Assembly: GCA_034670305.1 (NCBI GenBank)
Contig: JAXMNT010000053.1
Location: forward strand, 1-52,269
Direction: 5' to 3'
DNA length: 52,269 bases
Origin: Deltaproteobacteria bacterium
GTDB taxonomy: Bacteria > Myxococcota_A > Polyangia > Polyangiales > Houyiibacteriaceae
Positions 38,190 to 46,145 of the stretch are shown in pieces. Position numbers and translations under genes: made by a program. Position 1 is the first letter of the stretch. Each line of letters begins with the position of its first letter. Under the pieces are notes generated by a model. That model had not been told where the DNA came from, searched no databases, and saw only the letters and a list, made by a program, of their open reading frames with translations.

Positions 38190-38516
38190 TCAGTCGGTGT
38201 CGCTCATGTCTCGAACCACGGCCTTGATGGCCTCGGTGTCTTGGTCGACCTGCTTCTTCAGTCGCGCAAGTTCCGCGTCGAGTGCCTTGGCATCCTTCTT
38301 CAGAGCCTTCTCTCGAGCACGCGTCCGTTGCTTTCGCGCTTTGGCGGCCCGCTTGGCTTCCCGTTTGGCCGCTCGGGCCGCAGCCCGTTGGGCGGAAGGG
38401 CTGGGCGGTGGCGCCGGGACGTCCGCTTCGTCCCGCAGCTTGTCCATGCCTTCACGGGCCGCTTCGCGCCCAATCTCGAGTCCGATGCCCGCCACGATCC
38501 ACTTCATCAATCCCAT
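38190..38516 (-). CDS. small coiled-coil hypothetical protein
   Basis: GGAGG RBS; 108 aa; Lys/Ala-rich, ending in LDAELARLKK. Confidence 0.7.
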   Translation of the reverse strand: MGLMKWIVAGIGLEIGREAAREGMDKLRDEADVPAPPPSPSAQRAAARAAKREAKRAAKARKQRTRAREKALKKDAKALDAELARLKKQVDQDTEAIKAVVRDMSDTD

Positions 38517-38761
38517 GTCCTGCCTCCGCCGTCTCACACAGGATACGCCGAAACTGCCCAAGAATTCGCTGATACATGTATCGTTCAGTGTTCGGTCGGT
38601 GGGGGGTGTAGACCCTGGCACAATTGCTCACTCGAGTCCGCAGCCACTCCAGTGGCCACCTGTGGGGACAATGAACCCCACGGGCGTGTCTGGTCCAGAT
38701 ACAAGCCTTTTGATCCGTGTTTTGTTGGGAAATGTCGGTGGCGGCCCAGTCCAATCGATGG

Positions 38762-38777
38762 CGGCACGCTGGTTGCA
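38762..38777 (+). promoter_or_regulatory. sigma-54 promoter
   Basis: CGGCAC-GCTGG-TTGCA. Confidence 0.7.
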
Positions 38778-38789
38778 CAGTACCCCGGC

Positions 38790-41036
38790 ATGTCGAGTGA
38801 CCACCCCCAGGCAGCCCGAGTGACCACCCCGCTCCTCTCCGGAATCTGTGCCCTCGCGCTCGGCGCGTGCGCCGCGCAGGGGCTCGGAACGGGCAGCGAC
38901 GATCCCGAGGCCGAGGCCACCAACCACGACCACCAGGAGATGCGCGCTGTCTCAGGCGAGATTCTGAACTGGACGCTGGAGGGCGACTGGTACGTCTCTC
39001 CCGTGCTCGCCGCGCCGGACGGAGCCACCCGCGTCGGTGTGTTCTTGACCCTGACCGAGCCGGGCACGATGCCCGCCATGGAAGCGCAGCTTCAGGTCAT
39101 CGGCGCGCCGATGGGCGACTGGCAGACGGTGGCGGAGGACTTTGGTGAAGAAGACACCTACGTGGGCGTCGCCGAGATGCCGACCTTGGGCGACGGCGCG
39201 CGGCTTCGGGTCTACGTCGAGGACGCCGCCCGCATCCTCAACCTGCAGTGGTCCGCGGTGGTGCCGGAAGACGCCAGCCCCGAAGAAGAGCCGGTGGCCG
39301 ACGATGGCGCGGGCAGCCGACGCGACGCCTTGCGCTCGGGTCTCGGCGACATCGGCATCGTCACCCGCGAGTCTTGGGGCGCTCGCTCGACCCGCTGCAC
39401 CAGCCGCAACACCCGCAAGACGCGCTTCGCCATCCACCACACGGTCACCCCCTCGAGCGACCCGGCGCGGCAGGTGCGCGGCGCGCAGGCCTACCACATG
39501 TCCACGCGCGGCTGGTGCGACATCGGGTACCACTTCCTCATCGGCGTCGACGGTTCCATCTACGAAGGGCGCCCGATCGATCTGCTCGGCGCACACGTCG
39601 GTGGCGCCAACACCGGCAACATCGGCATCTCCTTCGTCGGCTGCTACCACTCGAGCGGTTGCCGCGACTGGGGCCCCAGCCGCCCGACCGACAGCAGCAT
39701 CTCGGCGGGGGCGCGCTTGCTCGGCCGACTGAGTCGTCTCTACGGCATCTCGCTCGACCGCGGTCGGGTGCTCGGTCACCGCGAGCATCTGGGTTCGAGC
39801 ACCTCGTGTCCCGGTGAGTACCTGCTCGCGCGCATCCCTGCGATGCTCGAGGCAGCTGGTGGGACCACCTCGGAAGATCCGCCTCCGATGTCCGAGCCGG
39901 AGCCCGATCCCTCCCGCATCGAAGGCGGCGCCTGCACCCACAGCCACTTCGGTACGTACCCGCAGGCCGGTTGCTCGCGGGACTACCAGTGCTGCGACGG
40001 ACGTTGGAAGACCCGCGCGGGCGGTGGCTGCGGAGCGTGCGCCTGTGTCGAAGAGACCGGCACCATCGGCTGCGACGCGGCGTCGCCCCCTCCGCCTCCC
40101 GCGGCGGGCGATGAAGGCGACAGCTGCACCCACAGCTACCTCGGCGAGTACGGCCACATGGCGTGCTCCGCGGACTACCAGTGCTGCGACGGACGCTGGA
40201 AGACGCGGGCCGGCGGCGGCTGCGGCGAGTGCGGATGTGTGGAGCCCTCGGGCATTCACGGCTGCACCGCGGCCCCGACCGAGGCGCCCGAAGGTGCGAA
40301 CTGCGAACACACGTACGGCGGCAGCTACGCCCACTCGGCATGCAGCGCTGCGTGGCAGTGCTGCGACGGACGCTGGACCGAGGGCCACGGCAGCTGTGGG
40401 GCGTGTTACTGCACCGAAGCGACCGGCACGATCGGTTGCGGCGAAGACCTGCCTCCGCCCGACGGTTCGATGTCCGGTGGCGACGGGAGCGGTGAGTGGC
40501 TCACCCAGGGCGGCTCCGAGATCCCGCGCCGCGGCCTCCGGAACGGCACCCTCGAGAGCACCCTCGGCATGGCGACCGAACCGTACGGTCGCGTCGTCAC
40601 CGCCGAAGGACATGAGTGGGTCCAAGGGCGCATCAGCTGGTTCGGCGGACCCGAAGACCGCAGCATCGGACCGAGGGACACCGGCGCCATCACGGGAGAG
40701 CGGGTGCGCGAGCTCAACTCGCCGCTTCGGCCCTCCGCGGAGTACGCCGCTGCGAATGGCGAGGCGTACTACTGGATCGCCATGCGCTGGAACTACAGCC
40801 CGAACGGTCGGAGCTTCTGGCGGAACGCGCGCTTCATCCTGCGCAACCCGCGCACCGGCACGAAGGTCGTGGTTCGCGCAGTCGACTGGGGTCCGCACAC
40901 CCGGACCGGTCGCATCCTCGACCTCTCGCCGCAGGCCATCAAGGACCTCGGGTTGTCGACCGACGACGAAGCACAGATTGCGTTCGCCCCGCCCGGCACC
41001 GCCCTCGGGGTCGTGTTGAGCCACGAAGGCCGCTAG
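38790..41036 (+). CDS. PGRP/Amidase_2 N-acetylmuramoyl-L-alanine amidase with three Cys-rich repeats and an RlpA-like DPBB domain (lipoprotein)
   Basis: LGAC lipobox; IHHT, DIGYHFLI, AHVGGAN, GHRE...TSCPG; C-terminal VVVRAVDWGP...RILDLS. Confidence 0.88.
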   Translation: MSSDHPQAARVTTPLLSGICALALGACAAQGLGTGSDDPEAEATNHDHQEMRAVSGEILNWTLEGDWYVSPVLAAPDGATRVGVFLTLTEPGTMPAMEAQLQVIGAPMGDWQTVAEDFGEEDTYVGVAEMPTLGDGARLRVYVEDAARILNLQWSAVVPEDASPEEEPVADDGAGSRRDALRSGLGDIGIVTRESWGARSTRCTSRNTRKTRFAIHHTVTPSSDPARQVRGAQAYHMSTRGWCDIGYHFLIGVDGSIYEGRPIDLLGAHVGGANTGNIGISFVGCYHSSGCRDWGPSRPTDSSISAGARLLGRLSRLYGISLDRGRVLGHREHLGSSTSCPGEYLLARIPAMLEAAGGTTSEDPPPMSEPEPDPSRIEGGACTHSHFGTYPQAGCSRDYQCCDGRWKTRAGGGCGACACVEETGTIGCDAASPPPPPAAGDEGDSCTHSYLGEYGHMACSADYQCCDGRWKTRAGGGCGECGCVEPSGIHGCTAAPTEAPEGANCEHTYGGSYAHSACSAAWQCCDGRWTEGHGSCGACYCTEATGTIGCGEDLPPPDGSMSGGDGSGEWLTQGGSEIPRRGLRNGTLESTLGMATEPYGRVVTAEGHEWVQGRISWFGGPEDRSIGPRDTGAITGERVRELNSPLRPSAEYAAANGEAYYWIAMRWNYSPNGRSFWRNARFILRNPRTGTKVVVRAVDWGPHTRTGRILDLSPQAIKDLGLSTDDEAQIAFAPPGTALGVVLSHEGR

Positions 41037-41200
41037 AGCGCCGACCGGTTTGAATCGCCCGCGCCTCCGCGGCCGATGCGGGCCGCATGCGGCCCCGCCA
41101 CCCCTCGAATGGCTTACAGCCGTCCTTCGGCGCGTGCAGAACCACCTTCGACACCACCTGGTCCACGCAATCACAGACGATTCAAACCGGTCGGCGCTCT
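41035..41200. mobile_element. MITE-like element with perfect 23-bp terminal inverted repeats
   Basis: agagcgccgaccggtttgaatcg (41035-41057) and its exact reverse complement (41178-41200). Confidence 0.75.
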
Positions 41201-41319
41201 CGCCCGACACGACGGAGAATCTTGCCCCGGCGTCTACCGACGTCGGGGCGTTCTCGTGGTTGGCCTCCGGTTTCGAGAGCGTGAAGACGGCCGGTTGCTC
41301 GGACTGGTAGCGTACGGCT

Positions 41320-42018
41320 GTGGAGGCAACGCAACAAATTCACACGGACGGGTACGCGCGTCTGCACACCTGCCGGAACCCGTTCGGCTCGGCCACGTTC
41401 GAAGAACTCGCGGCGCTCATGGTGAGCGATGTGGCGATCGCGCCGCTGGTCGAACGGCTGCGCAGGCCACCGGCCGCAGCCCGCGTCGCCATCGAGTTCG
41501 TGGGGCCGTGCGGCCACGGCAAGTCGACCCACCTCACCGCGTTGTGGACCCACTTCAGGAAGCTGCCGCGGACGTTGTTGCGGCCGGACGAGACGGCACC
41601 TCGGATTCCGCGCGCCCCCATCGTGTTCCTCGACGAGTCCCAACGTCTTCCGGCCTGGCGCCGCCGGTGGCTCTTTCGCCGGCGCGCCCATTTCGTGCTC
41701 GCCACCCACGTCTCCCACCGCGAAGAGTTCGAGGCGGCGGGGATCGAAGACGTGGTGCACCACCGGGTCGGCGCACTCGAGCCCGATGCGTTTCGGGCGC
41801 GGCTCGAGGCGTTCGTGCAGCGGCGGATGCGGTGGGCGGCGCTTGGGACCGGTCCCACGCCGGACGTCCCCGCGGAACTGCTGGACGCACTCGTACGGCA
41901 ACACGGACAACATCTGCGTGCGACGCAAGACGCACTCTACGATTGGTTTCAGGCACTGGTGCGGGCAGGCACCGACAGACGATTCGACGAGGACGGAGTG
42001 GGGTGTGGCGAACAGTAG
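41320..42018 (+). CDS. small P-loop NTPase
   Basis: GPCGHGKST Walker A, IVFLDE Walker B, N-terminal RNPF. Confidence 0.75.
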   Translation: MEATQQIHTDGYARLHTCRNPFGSATFEELAALMVSDVAIAPLVERLRRPPAAARVAIEFVGPCGHGKSTHLTALWTHFRKLPRTLLRPDETAPRIPRAPIVFLDESQRLPAWRRRWLFRRRAHFVLATHVSHREEFEAAGIEDVVHHRVGALEPDAFRARLEAFVQRRMRWAALGTGPTPDVPAELLDALVRQHGQHLRATQDALYDWFQALVRAGTDRRFDEDGVGCGEQ

Positions 42019-43009
42019 TATCCAGGTGGTCCTTCGCGAGCCTGGCCGGGTGTATCGGCCCGGGGAGCTCATCGCCGGCGTGGTGCACGTCCGGGTGCAT
42101 GCAGAGTGCAAGTGCGACGGGCTCGACGTCGCCGTCGCGTTCTTCACTCACGGCAAGGGCAACACCGCGACCAAGCAGATCCAAGCGTTTCGATTGTTCG
42201 TGGGGACCTGGGCCGGAGGCACCGAACATCAGTACCCGTTCGAGATCCCGGCGCCGCGCGACCCACTCGCGTACCAGGGCACCTTGCTCAACGTCGCGTT
42301 CCGCATCGAGGCGCGTGCGGACGTGCCGTGGGCGATCGACCCGAAGTCGGTGGTGCCAGTCGCAGTGCAGCACGACCCGCCGCCCTCGGGCTTGGTGATC
42401 AGCTGGAACGAGAAACTGCTCGCGAAGGGGAACAACACCGGCTGCCTCATCTTCTCGGCCGTCTTGTTGGGATTGTCCGCCCTCGTGATGGGCATCGCGG
42501 CCATCCAGCTGGAGCCAGGGGCGATTGGCCTCGCTTGCCCGTTGGGCATCTTTGGGATCATCGGACTCGCGATCACGCTTCCGAGGGCGCTCGCAGAACG
42601 GAAGCTCGGCGCGGTTGAGATGGGGCTGCGTCTCGGGGGCGGCGGTGGGTACCGCGAGCCACAAGAAGAGGGGCAGCTCTTCGTCTCCATCAAGACGCAG
42701 TCGACGGAAGGCGTCTCCAGCATGACGGCCACTTTGGAGATTCTCGAGCAGGTGGTGCGGGGGTCGGGCAGCAACGCGACCACCCACCGACATCCGCTCC
42801 ACAGTCTGCGCATCCCACTGGTGGCTGCGGGCAACGGGCACTACGAAGCGCGGGTGCCGCTCCCGCCACCCGGGCAGTTTCCGTACTCGTTCAGCGCTCC
42901 GAGCAACCAGATCATCTGGCGCTTGACTGGTCACGTCGACATCGCGGGCTGGCCCGACTGGAAGAAGGTCGTGCCGCTCACGGCGAAGCCGGGCCGGGCG
43001 CGTGTCTGA
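42005..43009 (+). CDS. arrestin/SpoOM-like beta-sandwich membrane protein
   Basis: YRPGELIAGVV...GKGN...YPFEIPAP...YQG.LLNV; two central TM helices; second similar sandwich (FPYSF...IIWRL.GHVDI..WPD). Confidence 0.65.
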   Translation: MANSSIQVVLREPGRVYRPGELIAGVVHVRVHAECKCDGLDVAVAFFTHGKGNTATKQIQAFRLFVGTWAGGTEHQYPFEIPAPRDPLAYQGTLLNVAFRIEARADVPWAIDPKSVVPVAVQHDPPPSGLVISWNEKLLAKGNNTGCLIFSAVLLGLSALVMGIAAIQLEPGAIGLACPLGIFGIIGLAITLPRALAERKLGAVEMGLRLGGGGGYREPQEEGQLFVSIKTQSTEGVSSMTATLEILEQVVRGSGSNATTHRHPLHSLRIPLVAAGNGHYEARVPLPPPGQFPYSFSAPSNQIIWRLTGHVDIAGWPDWKKVVPLTAKPGRARV

Positions 43010-43075
43010 CCGCCGCTCGCCTCTGGGTTGAACTCGGAACTGGAAAGTTCCCGTTGAAACCGGCAAGGTGGGCGC

Positions 43076-43513
43076 ATGGGTCGAGAGAAGGTGGTTCTCA
43101 TCGTGGAGGACAACCCGGGCGATGCGGAGTTGATCGGCATCTGTCTCGAGGACTTCGAGATTCCGCTCGACATCTCGTTCGTGAGTGACGGCGCCGAGGC
43201 GCTCGACTTCTTGAAGCAGCGAGGCCCCCACCCCGACGCGGCCCGACCGGACCTCGTGTTGATCGATCTCAACATGCCGAAGAAGTCGGGACACGATGTG
43301 TTGGCCGAGCGAACCGACGACCCGGCCCTTCGGTCCATTCCGTTCATCGTGTTCAGCTCGTCCGCTCGAGACGACGACATCGAACTCGCGTACGCGCTTG
43401 GCGCCAACAGTTACGTGAGCAAGCCGATCGACATCGGGGAGTTGCGCAGCGCCCTGGCGCTGGTGTTCAAGTACTGGTTCGAGGTCGTGAAGGTGCCGGC
43501 GGGTCCGACCTAG
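43076..43513 (+). CDS. single-domain response regulator (Rcp1-like)
   Basis: LIVEDN, PDLVLIDLNMP, FSSS, GANSYVSKP. Confidence 0.93.
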   Translation: MGREKVVLIVEDNPGDAELIGICLEDFEIPLDISFVSDGAEALDFLKQRGPHPDAARPDLVLIDLNMPKKSGHDVLAERTDDPALRSIPFIVFSSSARDDDIELAYALGANSYVSKPIDIGELRSALALVFKYWFEVVKVPAGPT

Positions 43514-43524
43514 CGCACCTCCCG

Positions 43525-44319
43525 ATGTTCTTCGTCACGAACCCAGCGGTGGCCCGGCCTCGCCGATCCAACCCGCCTGCGCGCCTCGCCCTCGGTGCCG
43601 TGACCTTGCTCGTCGCCGTGATCGGTTGGACGCCCTCCGCCTCCGCCTACGTGCTGGACGCGAACGATGCGCGGACCGTGGCGCCTGGCGGGCTCGAGCT
43701 CGAGTTCCAGCCAGCCGGCTGGTACCAGACCTTCGGTGCCGAAGGCGAGCGCTACCTCATCGCGCCCTCGGTCATGGTCTACGCGGGGCTCGCCGAGGGG
43801 TGGGACCTCATCGTCATCGGCCGCGGCTACCTGGGCATCGATGGCGGGGACCAGACCCGCTACAGCATCACCGACAACGGCGTGTACACGCGGCTGCTGG
43901 TCCGCGAGGGAAGTTATGCGGGCGACGACACGGGACCAAGCATCGCCATCCAGCTGGGGGTCATCCTCCCGAGCTGGCGGGACGAACAAGGTGCCGGTGC
44001 AAGCGCTGCGCTGTTGGTCTCTCAGGAATGGACCCAGCTCGATCTGCATGTGAACGTGCAGGTCGATCGACGTCGTTCGGGCCGCCCGGGGATGTTCGCG
44101 ACCATCGCGCTCGAAGGACCGCTCGAGTGGCCCGTCCACGGCGTCGTGGAAGCCTACGTCGACGTGGAAGACGGCAGCCGCGAACTCTCGGTGCTCGGTG
44201 CACTGAGCGTCGCGCCGAAGGAGCGATGGACGATCGGCGGCGGCGTCCGCTACTTCGACGTCGACGGGACCCGCGGAATCGAAGTGCGCCTGTCCCTCTA
44301 CGCTGCCATCACCGAGTAG
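43525..44319 (+). CDS. secreted outer-membrane beta-barrel-like protein
   Basis: Signal ending ASA|Y; amphipathic beta strands. Confidence 0.65.
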   Translation: MFFVTNPAVARPRRSNPPARLALGAVTLLVAVIGWTPSASAYVLDANDARTVAPGGLELEFQPAGWYQTFGAEGERYLIAPSVMVYAGLAEGWDLIVIGRGYLGIDGGDQTRYSITDNGVYTRLLVREGSYAGDDTGPSIAIQLGVILPSWRDEQGAGASAALLVSQEWTQLDLHVNVQVDRRRSGRPGMFATIALEGPLEWPVHGVVEAYVDVEDGSRELSVLGALSVAPKERWTIGGGVRYFDVDGTRGIEVRLSLYAAITE

Positions 44320-44376
44320 TCGCTCGCGTGTCGGCGCCCTCTCTCTATCAAGTCTTGTGGTTCGGCGCGCGGTGGT

Positions 44377-45354
44377 TCAGCGGGGGCGGGCTTCGATCGT
44401 GCGGCTGCGCTCGGCGCCCTCGACGGGGTCGAAGTGGTCCACGGGAAGGGCGCCTCCAAGCGCGATGTTCGACACGGCGATCTCCGTCACGACGTCTCCG
44501 ACTTCGCCAGCCTCGCTGTCCCACGCGCTCGTGTTCAGATGGGTCGCGAACTGCAGCGCCGAGTTGCCAAAGGACACCGCCTGCAGGTCCGCATAGCGCA
44601 TCAACTTCTCGGGGGTGTGGCCACCCTCGGGGAAGAAGCCAGGGTAAGCGACCACGTAGCGCAGGGCGGAGAGGCGGTGGGTCTCGGGGTGCAGGTACAG
44701 GATGTAGTAGTCCTCGGGCGAATCGCCGGTGCCCGCTTCGTAGGTGAGCCGGACCAGGTGGTGCTCGACGCCGTCGAGCGTCGCGTCCTCGAGTTGCTCG
44801 TACTGGGTGCCAGGGTCGGCGGCGACGAAAGGCATCCCGGTGAAGTAGAAGGGCGTGAGCGTCCAGAACCGGGCGGTGCTTGGAAACGCCGCGGCGTTCG
44901 GCGTGATCCACGCTTCTTCCCCGTTCCATCCCATCGTCGCGAGCGGCGCGTTCGACGGGTCTTCGGCTGCGAGCTCGTTCTGGCGCCCACGGGCGGACCA
45001 GAGATCGATGTCGTTGTGCGTCTTCATCCGACGCGCTGGGTTGGCCACGGGCTGGTAGTCGAAGTCGAACTGGATCACCCCGGCGGTGAGCCAAGCTTCG
45101 AGCCCGCCGTGCGCTTCGATCGCATCCCAGACCAGCTGCCCGGCCGGCGACGACTGCATCCGGGTGCGCGCTTCGGCGACCCGCGGACCGACCCAGCTCG
45201 GGTCGATGGGACCTGGCGTTCGCGCGGCCGGCTCGGCTGCTTCGGCAGGTGCTTCGGGCTCCGAAGGCGTGGGTGTCGGGTCGGCTTCGTCTGGCGTGGC
45301 GGACTCGCTGGAACCGGAACACGCGACGAGCAATGCGAAGAAGAGGGGGCGCAT
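44377..45354 (-). CDS. hypothetical lipoprotein
   Basis: LVAC lipobox; AIEAHGG..AW motif; TGDSPEDYY. Confidence 0.8.
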   Translation of the reverse strand: MRPLFFALLVACSGSSESATPDEADPTPTPSEPEAPAEAAEPAARTPGPIDPSWVGPRVAEARTRMQSSPAGQLVWDAIEAHGGLEAWLTAGVIQFDFDYQPVANPARRMKTHNDIDLWSARGRQNELAAEDPSNAPLATMGWNGEEAWITPNAAAFPSTARFWTLTPFYFTGMPFVAADPGTQYEQLEDATLDGVEHHLVRLTYEAGTGDSPEDYYILYLHPETHRLSALRYVVAYPGFFPEGGHTPEKLMRYADLQAVSFGNSALQFATHLNTSAWDSEAGEVGDVVTEIAVSNIALGGALPVDHFDPVEGAERSRTIEARPR

Positions 45355-45364
45355 GGCGCCGAAC

Positions 45365-45907
45365 CTAGGGCGATGCGGCCTGGGCGCCAGGCCTGGCGTG
45401 TTGATGGCGGGTCAAGGCAGCCCCGAGCTCCGCACCAAAGACCTCCGAGACGCCCCAGAGCGGCTCGAACTCGACGGTGCGGCCGGCCGAATCGCTCAGC
45501 GACCAGACGTCGCCCTCACCGTAGAGGTCGAACCACATGTCCTCATGGCGGAGCACCACATCTCCGGTGAGTGCAACGCGCCCGTAGGGGACCCCTGCCA
45601 GGAGACGCCAGACCACGACGGATGGACCGGAGGCGGTGCGGCGAATGGTGATGCGGTCGCCGGTGAACGCGAGGAGGCCGACGAGGGCGACGATCAACCC
45701 TCCGAAGCCCCACCAGAAGCCGAAGACGAACAGAGCGCCCGGAACGAAGGGGAGCAGGACCCCCACCGTCGCCGCGACGAGCCGATCGCGGTGGATGACG
45801 CAAGTCCGCGTGGCGCCGTGGTGCACGGTCACCGTCGAAATCTCCCGAAGCGGGGCGGGGGTCGGGGCGTTGGTGGGTGCGGGCGGGATCCAGGGAAGGG
45901 GCGTCAT
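45365..45907 (-). CDS. hypothetical membrane protein
   Basis: Two TM helices followed by a beta-rich domain. Confidence 0.55.
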   Translation of the reverse strand: MTPLPWIPPAPTNAPTPAPLREISTVTVHHGATRTCVIHRDRLVAATVGVLLPFVPGALFVFGFWWGFGGLIVALVGLLAFTGDRITIRRTASGPSVVVWRLLAGVPYGRVALTGDVVLRHEDMWFDLYGEGDVWSLSDSAGRTVEFEPLWGVSEVFGAELGAALTRHQHARPGAQAASP

Positions 45908-46003
45908 GGCGAAGTCCTGGTTAGATAAATTGGTCACCCAACCTATAAATCGGGTTGGGCGTGGGCGCAAGAGGGAGAAGGGCGGAGCAGCTGTTCGCTG
46001 TGG

Positions 46004-46144
46004 CCGAAGTCGATTCCCGAAGCCGATTTCCCGAAGCCGATTCCGAAGCCGATTCCGAAGCCGATGCCGAAGCCGATCCCGAAGCCGATCCCGAAGCCGC
46101 GCCCGTCGCCGCGCCCGTCGCCGATCCCGAAGCCGCGCCCGTCG
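46004..46144 (-). repeat. TCGGNN-type hexamer array directly after the dnaE stop
   Basis: CCGAAG/CCGATC/CCGATT/CCGTCG units on the plus strand. Confidence 0.9.
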
Positions 46145-46145
46145 C

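Noticed and set aside
38616-38628. TGGCACAATTGCT as a sigma-54 promoter
   Set aside because: GG-to-GC spacing is too short (needs N10)
37764-38789. N-terminal extension of ORF 37764..41036
   Set aside because: Overlaps CDC48 and the 38190-38516 gene on the opposite strand; promoter and lipoprotein signal indicate a start at 38790
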